Assembly (NCBI GenBank): GCA_951406725.2
Contig: OX597820.1
Location: 126,108,001 to 126,172,000 of the forward strand
Direction: 5' to 3'
Source of the DNA: Octopus vulgaris
Taxonomy: Eukaryota
Length of the DNA stretch: 64,000 bases
The notes beneath the pieces are model-generated. The model did no database searches, was not told the DNA's origin, and saw only the letters and a program-made list of their open reading frames with translations. Positions 40,002-53,219 of this stretch are shown piece by piece (the first letter of the stretch is position 1; each line of letters starts with the position of its first letter). Position numbers and translations under genes: made by a program.

Positions 40002-40599
40002 TTGAAGACCATTAATGTCATCAGTCTAAACCTATCATGCGTGAGATCCTTCTCCTCACGCGTAAAAGCAATGTTCTCTTTATATCATCACCATCATTAT
40101 GATTTCCAATACTACGACGATCTCGACCACCACACGGTCTTTGTCTACATGAATACATTTATCTGGCCGAAACTATCATTATTACCACCAATGACATCAT
40201 CAGTGTGGCTATATTTTTCTTTACTTTTCAATATTTATCTGAATTATCAATTTTCAGTCTTATATTGAGCCTTCGACAAAAATAATGCAAGAGAGAACGA
40301 GACATCTTTCGGGTTCACTTGGAGGACGCACATCTCAAAAATAATGTTTTAAGGCTCAAATGGACATTAAATCTTCATTTAAGTGTTGCACAATATGAAT
40401 TTGTTAATGTTCTAGTTTTTCTTTCTTTTGATAAAATAAAGTTAAGACGAAATATGAACATTGCTGGCTTTTGGTGTTTGATTATGAACGTACGATTAAA
40501 AAGAGAATGATTCCGAGCCAACTTTCACTGATCCTTTATTTTCTCTGGGCCAAAATGCCTGAATAAAAATTTACGTTATACAAAGGAACACTAAGTTAA

Positions 40600-41350
40600 T
40601 AAACTTGCCTGAGTTTTCATCTAACTCTATTAGAATCAATGTCCCTAATAATATTCAGTTTTGCCAAATGATCAAGTTCTGCTTCAGACTTGCTACGCCT
40701 TCAGTATGTTTTTCTTTTTTTTTTATCTGTATGGATTTTATAAATGACCTTTCTTCTCGTGCCACTATATCCAGAATTATTAACAATATTCTTAAACTAA
40801 CACAAACACCAGGAAATATCTTATAACATTTTGTAGTTAGTTAATAAATTAATCAATTCTAAAGGCTTCATAGTTTGTCTTATATCCTGGTGGTAAATGC
40901 TGCTTCAAAATTCTGTTTCAAAATCACCCTTAAATGATATTAAGAATTCCTTTTTATTTCTAATTCCCTTTCAAAGATACGAGGATATTTTCATAAGATA
41001 TCAAACTTTTCAACCAACTTCTTAACAATATTAAAACAATAATATTATCAATCAGTAATTTCGCTTCTTTTGGCGAATCCTCATTGTCAGTCTGTTCCAC
41101 CAAGTTTAGTAACAGATGTTATGCCCCCGCGCACCCTTTCTCTTGGTAGTTCTGCATCCACATCCACAAGAGATTTTAATTTCTCTCTCAAGATCTTACG
41201 ACATTTCTTTAGTTTTTTTCCCGGGTGTTTTGTTTTTTCCAGATGATCCGTAATACTTCTAAAGAATATTTTACACATTTCATGTTCATAGATCCATATC
41301 CATTTTCATTTCTATCATCGATCTCTTTTATATTTCCCATCAAATTTCCA
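40600..41350 (-). pseudogene. hAT (ZMYM1-like) transposase C-terminal remnant
   Basis: FPGVCVSLRILLIILDIVAREERSF resembles the hAT dimerization motif FPN..IALRI.LTLPVTVASAERSFS. Confidence 0.65.
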
Positions 41351-42329
41351 AGGTAGTGTCCTTTGATTACTCTCTTTTCCTCCCCCTCCCTCACTTTCTC
41401 TCTCTTTCCCTCTCTTTAATTTACCCCCGAGTAATATCGATGCATTTCTCTGATTTTGGCACCGCAGAAAAGATCTAAGGAATCTTTTCTTTAATAAAAT
41501 ATGGTTTCTTTTTGAGAGGGATGCTTTTTTTTTCTACTTTCGACTTTGTTTTTATAGTGCAAAGTTTCAAAACTCTTCTAGGTTTTCAAATACTTTACTA
41601 CGGTTGAAATTGGAAGCTTGAAAACATGCATTTACAGACGAAAAATATATTCAACAAAGATTATATTCAACAAGGAAAAGGAAAATACAATTTAATCATC
41701 TTGAAGCATATCATCTAGAACACGTTCCATATAATTATTTTCCTTTTCAATAATTGACATAAAGTACGCTTTCAGATCCTCCCATCGCTGCAGGATTATC
41801 TTTATGCGTTTCGCGAGTGTGCCTGCGCTGACAATGTTTAGTAGCATGTATTTCCATCAATCATTACTGAATAAATTATCTTGCAATAATTTCTACGAAG
41901 GGCGCTAAGGCTAAGCCAATTTGCAGTTTCTGATGTCAAGCAAGTTGAATTAGAAACCAAGCAAGTTAACACCTTTTGGCAGCATAAAGCTAAACGCTAG
42001 CCTCTACATTTAACAGATGTAATATTTATTTGTGTTCATGTTCCTGAATCTCAAAGACACTGAATTATGTAATCCATCAAAGTTACTTTCGCTATCTATC
42101 CCAAATTTAATGCAAGAAACTTAATCTGAGACAGTATTGAAACTCAAACTACATCGTGAAAGAGTTATTTAATAACACCAAAGACTTTAAATTCATTTCA
42201 GGTGTCAAAATTTTCGTCGCACAAAGGCGACCTGGTCACTTACACAGTTTTACTGCAACTACTATAAAAATGCTGTTTAATTGTTTAAAGGAAACATCAG
42301 TTGTATCATATTTTTACCACATTATAACG

Positions 42330-42660
42330 ATTTTTACGACACACTCGTAAATGTTTGTGCTTATCGGAAAACTGCCTCAGTTCCAAAGATATTTGTTTTA
42401 TGATGCTTACGGCCCACTTCTGAGGCAAAACTTGAGCAATTACGTTCTTGAATTGGCTCATGCATTTTGTTCGAGCTCATTAACTTTTTAATGTACACTC
42501 CACTAAGTGTAACTTGTGATTGGAGCAATTTGGTAATCTACTGATGGCATACTTCGGTGACATGCTCCATCAATTATATTTAATTTTAAAATGCTAACTT
42601 CTCAATTTTGTGCGTTAGCCTTCGGAAATATATTCAAAATTTGATTTGAATTTACACGCC
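42330..42660 (-). pseudogene. Possible hAT (ZNF862-like) transposase remnant
   Basis: IDGA...CSNHKLHL resembles DGA...HC.NHRLEL. Confidence 0.3.
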
Positions 42661-43195
42661 TAGAGGCATTCCTTTAACGCTATATTGATTTCTTGTGATC
42701 AATTAGAGCTGATTTATGCATATTTGTTATTACACAATTACATCAGTTGCATATCACATTATTATTCTTCCCTATAGCCACATGAAGAAAGTCTTCTAAT
42801 CATTCTTATAATACATTCCATCATTATTAATCCATTTTCCTATTATGTCGGGATTTTAATAAGATTAGGTAAAAGCTTCAATGAGAGAACTCAATTTACT
42901 GAACACCAATAAGTTAGGTTTTTTCTAGAAATCCAAATAAATACAATATATCCTTTTCAAATTTTTAACTTAATTAGGACGCAATTTAAAGATGGTAGAA
43001 CTAATTTTATGTCAAAGTATAAATGAAGGTAGTGTATTTTGTTAATTAAAACCTTCAACATTAAGTACAGTGGATTATCGCTAAAATTAGTACAAATATT
43101 GTTGCATCGATAAAAATAGTAAAAACAACTATGAAATGCTTTAATTTGATAATAAAATAAAAACTAAGTCTTCCGAGAGACGTTCAAAATGCATA

Positions 43196-43489
43196 TGTAG
43201 CGAGTATGTGCCAGCAAACGGTTACGTCCCTTGACAGAGACAAGTGGGTTGGCTCTTCTTGTCGGCCAGATGGTGCTATAAATTGAGAGGTTGACCGACA
43301 ACTTTAGTCAGTCAGTCCTCGACGAAGACCTCGACGCCACGACCGTCAGCGAACAAATCTGTACGACCATCGGTGAATAAAACTGTTCCAGTCAGTTGCA
43401 CACACCTGTCAGTAAATATGTTAACGCTCACTTCGCCATCTTGTATCTCGTATGTATTTACGTAACTCACTTTTCTGTGAGGAACTATA
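43196..43489 (+). mobile_element. Probable solo LTR
   Basis: Starts TGTAG and ends CTATA (CTACA variant), with internal TATAAAT, CAGTCAGTC and AATAAA in LTR order. No clean target-site duplication. Confidence 0.45.
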
Positions 43490-43719
43490 ATATGCGGAGT
43501 TTGCAATAAGTCTATACATTCTGGAACGCAGTTACAATACGGTTTACCAAGATAAGGGCAACCAACTACAGCAAATGAATTATGGACACTTTTTATTACT
43601 GACCTTCTACCACAAGAACTTTTCTTGTTCACGAAAAGTTTGAGAAGTTCCCCTTCAAATAAATGCTATTCTTCTGTTAAAATTAATGAGTTCTGATTTT
43701 ACATTACATCCATGGCCTC

Positions 43720-44121
43720 TACTCTTTTACTTGTTTCAAGTCATTTGACTGCGGCCATGCTGGAGCAACGCCTTTAGTCGAGCAAATCGACTCCAGGACT
43801 TATTCTTTCTAAGCCTAGTACTTATTCTATCGGTCTCTTTTGCCGAACCGCTAGCTTACGGGGACGTAAACACACCAGCATCGGTTGTCAAGCGATGTTG
43901 GCGAGGACAAACACAGGCACACAAAGATATACACACACATACATATATATACATATATGCGACGGGCTTCTTTCAGTTTCCGTCTACCAAATCCGCTCAG
44001 AAGGCTTTGGTCGGCCCAAGGCTATAGTAGAAGACACTTGCCCAAGATGCCACGCAGTGGAACTGAACCCGGAACCATGTGGTTGGTGAACAAGCTACCT
44101 ACCACACAGCCACGCCTGCGC
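43720..44121 (-). mobile_element. Full-length 13784-type SINE with internal microsatellite
   Basis: Both halves present around a short (TA)/(TG) spacer. Confidence 0.9.
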
Positions 44122-44695
44122 TTCTGTTGACAATGTTACATATTATTTTGTGTATGTTTTGTAAGTAAACAACTCTTACTTTACCAAGTTGTTAGATGAT
44201 AGGTTAGATCAGTTTATTTATGAAAATATACAAACTATATACAAACTATTGATAAAACAATTACATTTCCCTATATTAGTAGTTTTAGTGGTTATAGCTT
44301 ACATCTGAGCGTATGGTGTGCCGAACGCACTAATTCCTACTCTGATATATTTTATCCTACTTATTTCTGTTTAATAGAGTCTAAGCTATAATTAGGTAGC
44401 AAACAAATTCTCTAATTATAGTAGTAGCGGGACACGTAATGTAAATCTAAGAGAAATTTGACTAGTAATATTATCACGTTGTTTAACGAATCATACAAAC
44501 TGACTAACGGTGTGTTAAAACAGTCCATCTCATTCTTTAGTCATAATGAAAAATTTACTTTCTTCAGCAAATAGAAAATACAGCTTTTAGAAATTGAAAA
44601 ATCTTGCATCGAAATTAAATGATCTAATTCTGCGTCTTAAACAATGCAGAGACTTGTTAAGAAAATTCCGGCTGTTTTTATCATAAAACGCTTCT

Positions 44696-45080
44696 GGAAG
44701 CACTCCGTCGGTTACGACGACGAGGGTTCCGGTTGATCCGAATCAACGGAACAGCCTGCTCGTGAAATTAACGTGCAAGTGGCTGAGCACTCCACAGACA
44801 CGTGTACCCTTAACGTAGTTCTCGGGGATATTCAGCGTGACACAGAGTGTGACAAGGTCGGCCCTTTGAAACACAGGTACAACAGAAACAGGAAGTAAGA
44901 GTGAGAGAAAGTTGTGGTGAAGGAGTACAGCAGGGATCACCACCATCCCCTGCCGGAGCCTCGTGGAGCTTTAGGTGTTTTCGTTCAACAAACACTCACA
45001 ACGCCCGGTCTGGGAATCGAAACCGCGATCCTATAATCGCGAGTCCGCTGCCCTAACCACTGGGCCATTGCGCCTCCACT
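44696..45080 (-). mobile_element. Full-length tRNA(Arg)-like SINE, tail 1, with 12-bp TSD
   Basis: A box TGGCCCAGTGG, B box GTTTCGATTCC; TSD taaaacgcttct at 44684-44695 and 45081-45092. Confidence 0.93.
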
Positions 45081-45349
45081 TAAAACGCTTCTATAATTAG
45101 ATCATAGTCTATATTATGATTTGAAGGTATAGTTTTACCTTGAGCCGAGAGTAAACGAATAAATAAAAAATAAATACAAAAAAAAACTAAAGTATAGTTT
45201 TCTGAATAGTGATCATATACATAGCATTTTCTTTTCGATACATCATTCAGAAGCAGTAGAGCGAGTCTTAAACGGGACATAATGTGAACAATTTTGGATG
45301 CCCAACTGGTTAATATTTTAATCAAGAAATAGTGTTAAATGTAGACAGA

Positions 45350-45926
45350 ATGTCCCAGATTGCCACCTGTTTCGATCTCTTCAAAATGCACTGAATGCAC
45401 GGGTCTTCAACCCCGAAGGAGATGTAAAAATTCACCTGGAAGAATTTTCGTCAATAACATGTTCGGTACGTTCCCCGTCATCAATTCACTGCAAAGCAAG
45501 TTCATTGTCATCAATTCACCGCAGGAAAAGTTCAACATTTCTGTGTTTTTTTTTATCGTTTTCTTTGGTTTTTCTTTGTTTTTGTCCCTAAAATAGTTTT
45601 TTAACTATTAATGGTGAGATACTATCGATATATTTTTTTCGGTAAAGTTTCCTCGCGGTGTGCTTTCCCCACGGTGAATTGATGGCGGTGGACTTACCCA
45701 GCAGTGAACTTTCCCTGTGGTGAATTGGTGGCGATGAACTTACCTGTAATCCCCCGGTAAAGACGGGAAATACTTTGAGCGGGAATTAATTGATCTGTTC
45801 ACAAGATGGCAAAAGATGCTGGAACAAACGTCAATGATATCACTGATTGGCTGAAACGCTTTGTGATTAAAACTTGTGTCATGTTTTCGCTTAAAAAAAT
45901 AAACGGACTTTTTGGCCAGTCTAATA
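45350..45926 (+). mobile_element. Mariner 3' remnant interrupted by a MITE
   Basis: PDCHLFRSLQNALNARVFNPEGDVKIHLEEF, then the insertion, then KYFERELIDLFTRWQKMLEQ; 3' TIR-like ggactttttggccagtctaata. Confidence 0.8.
45460..45755. mobile_element. Foldback-type MITE with repeated subterminal motifs
   Basis: Left-side repeats catcaattcacc and aagttca are mirrored by right-side ggtgaattgatg and tgaactt; AT-rich centre. Confidence 0.65.
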
Positions 45927-46039
45927 ATAGCGATGTTATCAAATTACATTTGACTATCTCTGCCAAAATGACTGTCACACATACACAAATACAGGCGCGC
46001 GCACACACACATACACATATACATACACATTCAAAAATA

Positions 46040-46319
46040 TAAAGAGGGTAAAGATCCCCTTCGGTCATGAATGACAGTGGTATTGCACCTCCGAGGCAAG
46101 GTTGTTTATTGAAGACCAGCAGTTGCCCATGCATACCAGCCTGCCCTCTCTCTACACCACTGATGTTGCCCAAGGGAAAGGCAAAGGGGCCGATGCAGAT
46201 TGGCACCAGTGACGTCACATCTCATTTCTACAGCTGAGTGAATGGTGCAACTTGAATCGAACTCACTAACTCATGATTGTGAGCTCGACGCTCTAACCAC
46301 TGAGCCATGCGCCTTCACA
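46040..46319 (-). mobile_element. tRNA-SINE with a third tail type
   Basis: Head gaaggcgcatggctcagtggttagagcgtcgagctcacaatcatg; tail unlike the other SINEs in the window. Confidence 0.8.
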
Positions 46320-46483
46320 TTTAAAATCATACATTCACGCAGTTGCACATCTCATCGGTGCACAGAAAAGAACCACTGCAAATACAAGCACTTCCACCAC
46401 TATCGATAACGCAAATACCACCAACAATACGATGAAAGATTCATTTTTAGTATCGCCGCCATTATAAGCATAAGCAACGGTAC

Positions 46484-46516
<33 letters not shown>

Positions 46517-46573
46517 TACCATCATCATCATCATCATTATCATTACCATCATCATCATCATCATCACCACCAC

Positions 46574-46638
<65 letters not shown>

Positions 46639-46645
46639 TCATCAT

Positions 46646-46696
<51 letters not shown>

Positions 46697-46950
46697 ACGT
46701 CATCCTCTCCTATAACTAAACTTACCATCAAAGAACCGAAAAAACAACAAGTAAACATTAATACAATTAAAATAACTTGAATTTAAGGAAAAAAAAATTT
46801 TAAATAAACACAAAAAAAGCAACTACCAAAAATTTTAAAAAATCAAACTACCGAAAATTCCCTCTCTATCCGTAAATCAATAAGCAAAAACTTTATTTCG
46901 GTTTTTCGTCAATTCCTGTGTGCATGTGTGTATATGTGTGTATGTGTGTA

Positions 46951-46982
<32 letters not shown>

Positions 46983-47052
46983 TGCGCGCGTGTGTGTATG
47001 TGTATTTATATATATATTTATATGTGTGTGTACATATACAGATAGATTTATA

Positions 47053-47088
<36 letters not shown>

Positions 47089-47244
47089 TGTATGTATGTA
47101 TGTATGTATATACACACGCATTTGGGTGTGTAGATACGTGTGTGCATATATATATGTAGATATATAGATTTGTGTATGTGTGTGTATAATTCATTCATAT
47201 ATAGTAAATACATATGAGCATGTGAGTATGTACCAACGTATATA

Positions 47245-47356
47245 TGTGTGTGTGTCTGCCTGTCGGTGTATGTGTGTGTGTGTGTGTCTGCCTGTCGGTG
47301 TATGTGTGTGTGTGTGTGTGTCTGCCTGTCGGTGTATGTGTGTGTGTGTGTGTGTG
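47245..47356 (+). repeat. Minisatellite of three TCTGCCTGTCGGTGTA+(TG)n units
   Basis: Three copies visible directly. Confidence 0.9.
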
Positions 47357-47681
47357 AGTGCAAACTTTTACTTTCTTTTTCCTTGCATATTGTCTATTTT
47401 GTCATCTTTTTCTTTAAATGTAGCAATTAGCGACTATTTGATGTGGTCTGTTATTTCTGTTTTATACGGGTGTTAGAAGTTTTCGCAATGTCGTTGTTGT
47501 TGTTGGTGTCGTTGTTGGTGGTGGTGGTGGTGGAGTGGCGATGTCAGTAGCAGTGGTGGTGGTAGTGGTGCCGGCTGCGGTTTTAATTTCTGTTCTATTT
47601 TCGTTTTGATCGTATTTCCATGGCTATGTTTAACCTTTGTTAATCACATGACTTAACTACTACTACTACTACTACTACTAC

Positions 47682-47735
<54 letters not shown>

Positions 47736-47785
47736 TAATAATACTATTACTACTACTACTACTATTTCTACTATTTCTACTACTA

Positions 47786-47824
<39 letters not shown>

Positions 47825-48071
47825 GAACTACTACTACTACTACTACCAACATTATAATTACTACTGCTGATACTGCTACTCTTACTGCTGTCGATTCTGC
47901 TACCACTGCTGCTACGATTGTTGTTGCTGTTGCTGTCATTGTATTGGTGAAGTCCGTCAAGTGTCGGACAAAATACATAGCAGTATACAGTTACACTTAC
48001 AGCCCACTTTCGTTTTCTTCCGAGATCAATAAAATATAGTACCAGTCATTTCCTGCTGTCAATATAATCAG

Positions 48072-48122
<51 letters not shown>

Positions 48123-48524
48123 TCACGCGTTAGAGGACTCGTACAATTCAAAATAATAAATAACATTGATTTATTTTAGCCTACTTTCACTGTACACAGA
48201 GTGCAACGCTGAGCGCCGAATTATGAACAGTGTTTCATACATTTGTATTTTCTAACATATTAAATTGTATACTACGTACAGCACTTAGTAGTTTAGTACT
48301 TAGAGATTTGGTTATATATTTGTCTGTTAGGAATGTGAAAGCACGGATGTACTCTTCTACAGCATCTTTGTCAAAAGATGGGTGATTGTGGAAAAAACGA
48401 ATAGAGTAAATGAACTTGCACAAAGCATACGCTTATAGACTGTACAGTAACAGGTCGCCTATGGTTTATGCTCTTGGAAGTCTTATGTCTATAGCAGGAA
48501 GGATTATTATTATCATCATCATCA

Positions 48525-48556
<32 letters not shown>

Positions 48557-48557
<1 letters not shown>

Positions 48558-49571
48558 TATGTTTGACTTTTGCTTTATGTCTGTACAAGTTGGCTCCAAG
48601 TCTCACCCAGAGACCTCAAGAGATAACAGGTTGGAAGTTCTGTGCCATATATTTGGGTTTTTTTTTTTTTTTTTTGGTATTGTACTAGTGAATGTCTAAT
48701 ACATAAAAAAAAAATAAATAAATAAAAATAAATAAATAAAAAAGTTTGTTTTAAACCTTGGGATTACATAGAGAGTATTTTGCGTAGGATATGAGCAGTT
48801 CCCATGAGCACTATCTTTTGAATTTCTGCCATTTTGGGGTTTCCTGGTATCTGAGTTAGGTAGCAATCAGTCCCTTTCGCTATCATTCCCAGGGCACCTA
48901 TGACAACAGGTATTGTTTTAGTCTTCAGCTTCCACATTTTGCTGATTTCTATTTCAAGATCTTTATATTTGCTCAGTCTTTGGTAGGTCTTGACAGATAC
49001 GTTTATATCGATTGGGACAGTCATATCAATGAGGAGGCATGTTCTTTGTCTGAAGTCTTTCAATATAATGTCTGGCCTATTTGCATCTAGTTTGAATGGT
49101 GAAGTTCCAGAGGAGTGAGATGTGGTCATTTTCAAGCACAGGAGGTGGATTGTGTTCCTACCAGTTTTTTTCATGGGACAAATCCAGGTTTTTGCAAATT
49201 ACCCAGTGAATATATTGTGCAGCTCTATCATGCCTACTGAGGTACTCTGTAGGCGCTAGAAGACTGCATTTGGAGACATGGTCAATGGTTTCATTTTGTT
49301 GTCGGCATACACGACATGTTGGGCTACTACTGTTCTTTAATATGTTGGCCTGGTAGTTTCTTGTTGGTAGGCATTGATCTTGAGCTGCTAGGATAAACCC
49401 CTCTGTTTCAGATTTTAAGCCAGAGGCCATTAGCCATGGATGGGTCAGGGCTTTGTCGATATCTGCATTATTCGCTCTCTTTGGGTATTTGCCATAGAGA
49501 GGTTTTTCTTGCCATTTATTATTCAGAATATCTAAGGCCGCAGTTTTGGCACGGGTTCTCATGCGCCTAGC

Positions 49572-49572
<1 letters not shown>
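48557..49572 (-). mobile_element. 5'-truncated R4/Dong retrotransposon, second family, well preserved
   Basis: WQEKPLYGKY, AAQDQCLPTRNY, CRVCRQQNETIDH..C (CCHC), RHDRAAQYIHW, NRPDIILKD...LLIDMTVP...KYKDL (PD-D/ExK nuclease), GTAHILRKILSM*; (TTA)n on both flanks. Confidence 0.95.
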
Positions 49573-49637
<65 letters not shown>

Positions 49638-49714
49638 GTTGTTGTTGTTGTTGTTGTTATTATTATTATTATTATTATTATTGTTATCAATTAACATTAT
49701 TATTATTATTGTTG

Positions 49715-49760
<46 letters not shown>

Positions 49761-49761
49761 C

Positions 49762-50313
49762 GAGCTAGAGTGCAGTGCATACCATCAAAGTGACACTGGG
49801 GTAAAATATATGAAGCCCAGTATACTCATTATGACTACACGTCTGATAAGGGTACACCAGGCACATGCATCACAACCATATGTGCGCGACATGGTGATCT
49901 CATATCAAGATAAACAGCACATGACCTTACAGGTGGGGCCCAGTTAGAATTTTCTTCGGGCGAGTAACCCATCCCGCTCAACAAGTCCCTGAATAAGGGT
50001 TGTTTAAGGCAGTTAAACGCAACTTCCATATTTCCAGAGGTGAATTATCCAAACCCCAAAGAATTCCTCTCAAAACATGGCTATGATGCTCCCCACTACT
50101 TCTGCTCGTGATCAGAGATGCACATATCGTCAGCCACTAAGGGACATGCTCAACTGGTTAAGGTCGAACGACTGACAAGCAAATCTGTGGTATTGAGCAG
50201 AATATTTGCTGTAGCTCATCTTTTATGCCAAGACAAAACAATATACATGATAGCGCTTCCAATCAGTTAAGATGAGAACCCATGAAAGGCACTACATGGT
50301 ACTGCAGTTTGGC
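49762..50313 (-). mobile_element. Non-coding (TAA)n-associated element, copy 3
   Basis: Homologous to 27057-27641; its 3' end abuts (TAA)n. Confidence 0.85.
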
Positions 50314-50315
50314 AT

Positions 50316-50690
50316 TTTACTGCAAGAACATCGCAGAGAATGAGTAAACATCTGGAAGAAAACAACCTGTTTCCAGAAGAACAGAAGGGATGCTGTAAGG
50401 TCTCATACTGCTGCGAAGATCAACTAATAATCAATAAAGCCATAACTGAAGACAGCCGCACAGTGAAGAAGGTTCTACTTATGGCTTGGATCGATTACCG
50501 AAAGGCTTTTGATAGTATTTCCCACACATAAATCCTAGAAACACTAGCCATGAACAAGGTAGCGCCAATAATCAAAATATATAACACATTTCATGAATAA
50601 ATAGCAGACAGTGCTACAGCTCCAGACAAAAGAGGGACTCAAAAAACCAAAGCCATTCCCATTAGAAGAGGAATATTCCAGGGAGACACA
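50316..50690 (+). pseudogene. R4/Dong reverse transcriptase fragment
   Basis: HLEENNLFPEEQKGC...DQLIINKAI...AWIDYRKAFDSISHT...IRRGIFQGD. Confidence 0.92.
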
Positions 50691-50809
50691 TTTCACTGAA
50701 GTAGTCTTTGCCTTTCATCCTTTCGCTGTCGAGTTGAGAACTGGATTCGATGTAATCGATTAGCAACCTCACCCGATGGTGGCTATAATAGAAAGTTGTA
50801 GTAGTAGTG

Positions 50810-50894
<85 letters not shown>

Positions 50895-50895
<1 letters not shown>

Positions 50896-51110
50896 TATTT
50901 GTATTCTGTGTTCTTACCTCACATTCTAGTTATCTCTATTTCAAGAAATTTATATTTTTATATTTTTATCGTTTCTCTATTTCCCTAGATATTGTCATTA
51001 TTTGGAAGTAATGACTCCATCAACACACATTTCATTTCTTCGTGGTCTTTGATGTTAATATCCGGTAAATTTCTTACCATCTCTATGTGAATTGGTGTAT
51101 TACAGAGTGG
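50895..51110 (-). pseudogene. Old Dong endonuclease remnant
   Basis: PDINIKDHEEMKCVLM resembles RPDIV.KD.....C.LID. Confidence 0.6.
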
Positions 51111-51659
51111 AATCACGCTGTCGTTCTGTGAGGCCTGCTTTCATATATCTCAATCAAGACCGCCACAATCGCTCCTAATCGACTGTGAGTTTCAATAGTT
51201 TGTGGTTCAACCATCAGAAGTTGTGGTAATCTTACGTTAATCAAGTCTGCTAAACTTACTTCTCTTCTCCGTCAAATATAACCTGGATTACCCACTCCAA
51301 TTCGACCTGTGGTCCTCAACCGATGTGCATATGACCCTTGGCGGTCCATGTCAGATCTTGTTAAAATTTATGTGCAATAACTTGGTCATGTTTTTACAAT
51401 ACACAGAATATTTTAGAAAATTATTTTATAGAATTCCTAGCAATATTTTTTAAAAAATACAATAGGATTTTTTCAACATCGCATAGCTATGAGGGTCCAC
51501 CCGAGTAAAACAGAAATCAAAGGGGTCCACTGGTGAAAAAACTTTTCGGGAAATCAAAGCAAACCCTATGGAACAGTTTAAAATGCCTCAAAATGTTAGT
51601 GAGGGTTTTGCACTGCATATACACAAAAGCACACGCACACCCACACACACACACACATA

Positions 51660-51925
51660 CATAATCTCTGCTTGCATCCAAATCACCATTCCCATTGCCC
51701 ACTAGCAGCATTGATCAACTTCTACTTAGAAATGACTCTAAAAGTCTGAAGACATATTGCCTGCCTACGCCAACCGAGGCGTAAACGGCCACTGTCCCCC
51801 CTGCATTATCCTTATTACTATCTCTGACATCCGGCTCTCGGGTAATCGTATTTATCTCTACGTTCAGATCTTTCCGAAACAGCACCGCTACGCCATTCGA
51901 TACAGGTCAATCGTTGGAGACTTAG
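51660..51925 (-). pseudogene. L1/Tx1-like APE endonuclease remnant
   Basis: GVAVLFRKDL...VAVYAS...FRLLESFL...LLVGNGNGDLD matches APE motifs GVAIL, VYAP and GDWN. Confidence 0.7.
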
Positions 51926-52630
51926 TATATAATCTTCCAGAATGATATTGAGCGATTTCATACAAGAAAATCCTAGTCTCACTAATGTCTAACCACATCA
52001 AAGTACATAGAAACCGGCATTTGATCATTTGTTACTGTTTTCGTGCATCGCAGAACATTTTGGCATTAAGGATCAAATTAGGTGATTCGTCTGTCACACC
52101 TGTCTTCTTTGATATGCCAGGGTATCATTTGAGTCTTCCAAATCTAAGGACTTGGTTTTGTTTCGTCATTAGTATTTGTAGTTATATATTGTCAGTGTCG
52201 ATGCTGTAGTTCTTGCTAATTGTGGTTCCGGAAAGATTCACCACTGAATTCCACTGCGTATGGTTCCACAAGCCATTTCAGTTGTTTTTGTTTGTTTTGT
52301 TTTCTTTTTTTTTTTTGTCTGTTTGCTTTTGTTTTTTCTTCCAACCACCTCCACCACTACATGTTATCACTACTTCTGTTGTTGCAGAAGTTTGAGTGTT
52401 AGTAACGGCAATAAACAGAGGCGCTCTGCTCTTTCTCGGACGCCAAAAGTCTTGAGATGGTATGTTTTGCTATATATAATGAAAATAGTAATGCAATACG
52501 AGAGTATTACTTTCCAGTAAAGGATAGCCCGTGAGGGTAAAATTATACATAAAAGTAAATAAATGGCACAATATCGGTACTTCGTTGTGCCATTTATTTA
52601 CTTTTATGTATATATATATATATATATATA

Positions 52631-52717
<87 letters not shown>

Positions 52718-52730
52718 CATTATTATTATT

Positions 52731-53134
52731 AGCTCAGCTAAAGATCTACAATGTCTTGTACAGAATTGGCAACTAAAACCTTTACCGGAAATAGCCGGCT
52801 GTAATTGTAACTGGGCTTCATGTACCTTTGCGTGTAGTTTAAGTCCTCCTGCCGAATTACACTCTCTTCCACATGCCTGACAGATATGATTAGTATGGTG
52901 TGTAACACCACCACCAGTGGCCAGGTTGTCACTCATCTGTCTTGCTTTATGACTACCAAGATGACTCTTGAGTCCAGCTTTACTGAGAAAGGGTCTTGCA
53001 CAGATACTGCATGTCAGCATCATAGGAAGACACTTCCCATCTGGAAATGTAACAGAGATGCTCTTCCTGACATCTCTCCTTACTTTCTCATGTGCAACTG
53101 GAGATTTCTCAAAAGTTGCTGTCCCCTCGTGCAC
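52731..53134 (-). mobile_element. RTE-like LINE C-terminus with tandem C2H2 zinc fingers
   Basis: EGTATFEKSPVAHEKVRRDVRK (RTE C-terminal pattern), then CSICARPFLSKAGLKSHLGSH, CQACGRECNSAGGLKLHAKVH and a truncated CQFCTRHCRSLAEL; reading frame open. Confidence 0.7.
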
Positions 53135-53165
53135 ATATATATATATATACATACATACATAAATG

Positions 53166-53219
<54 letters not shown>

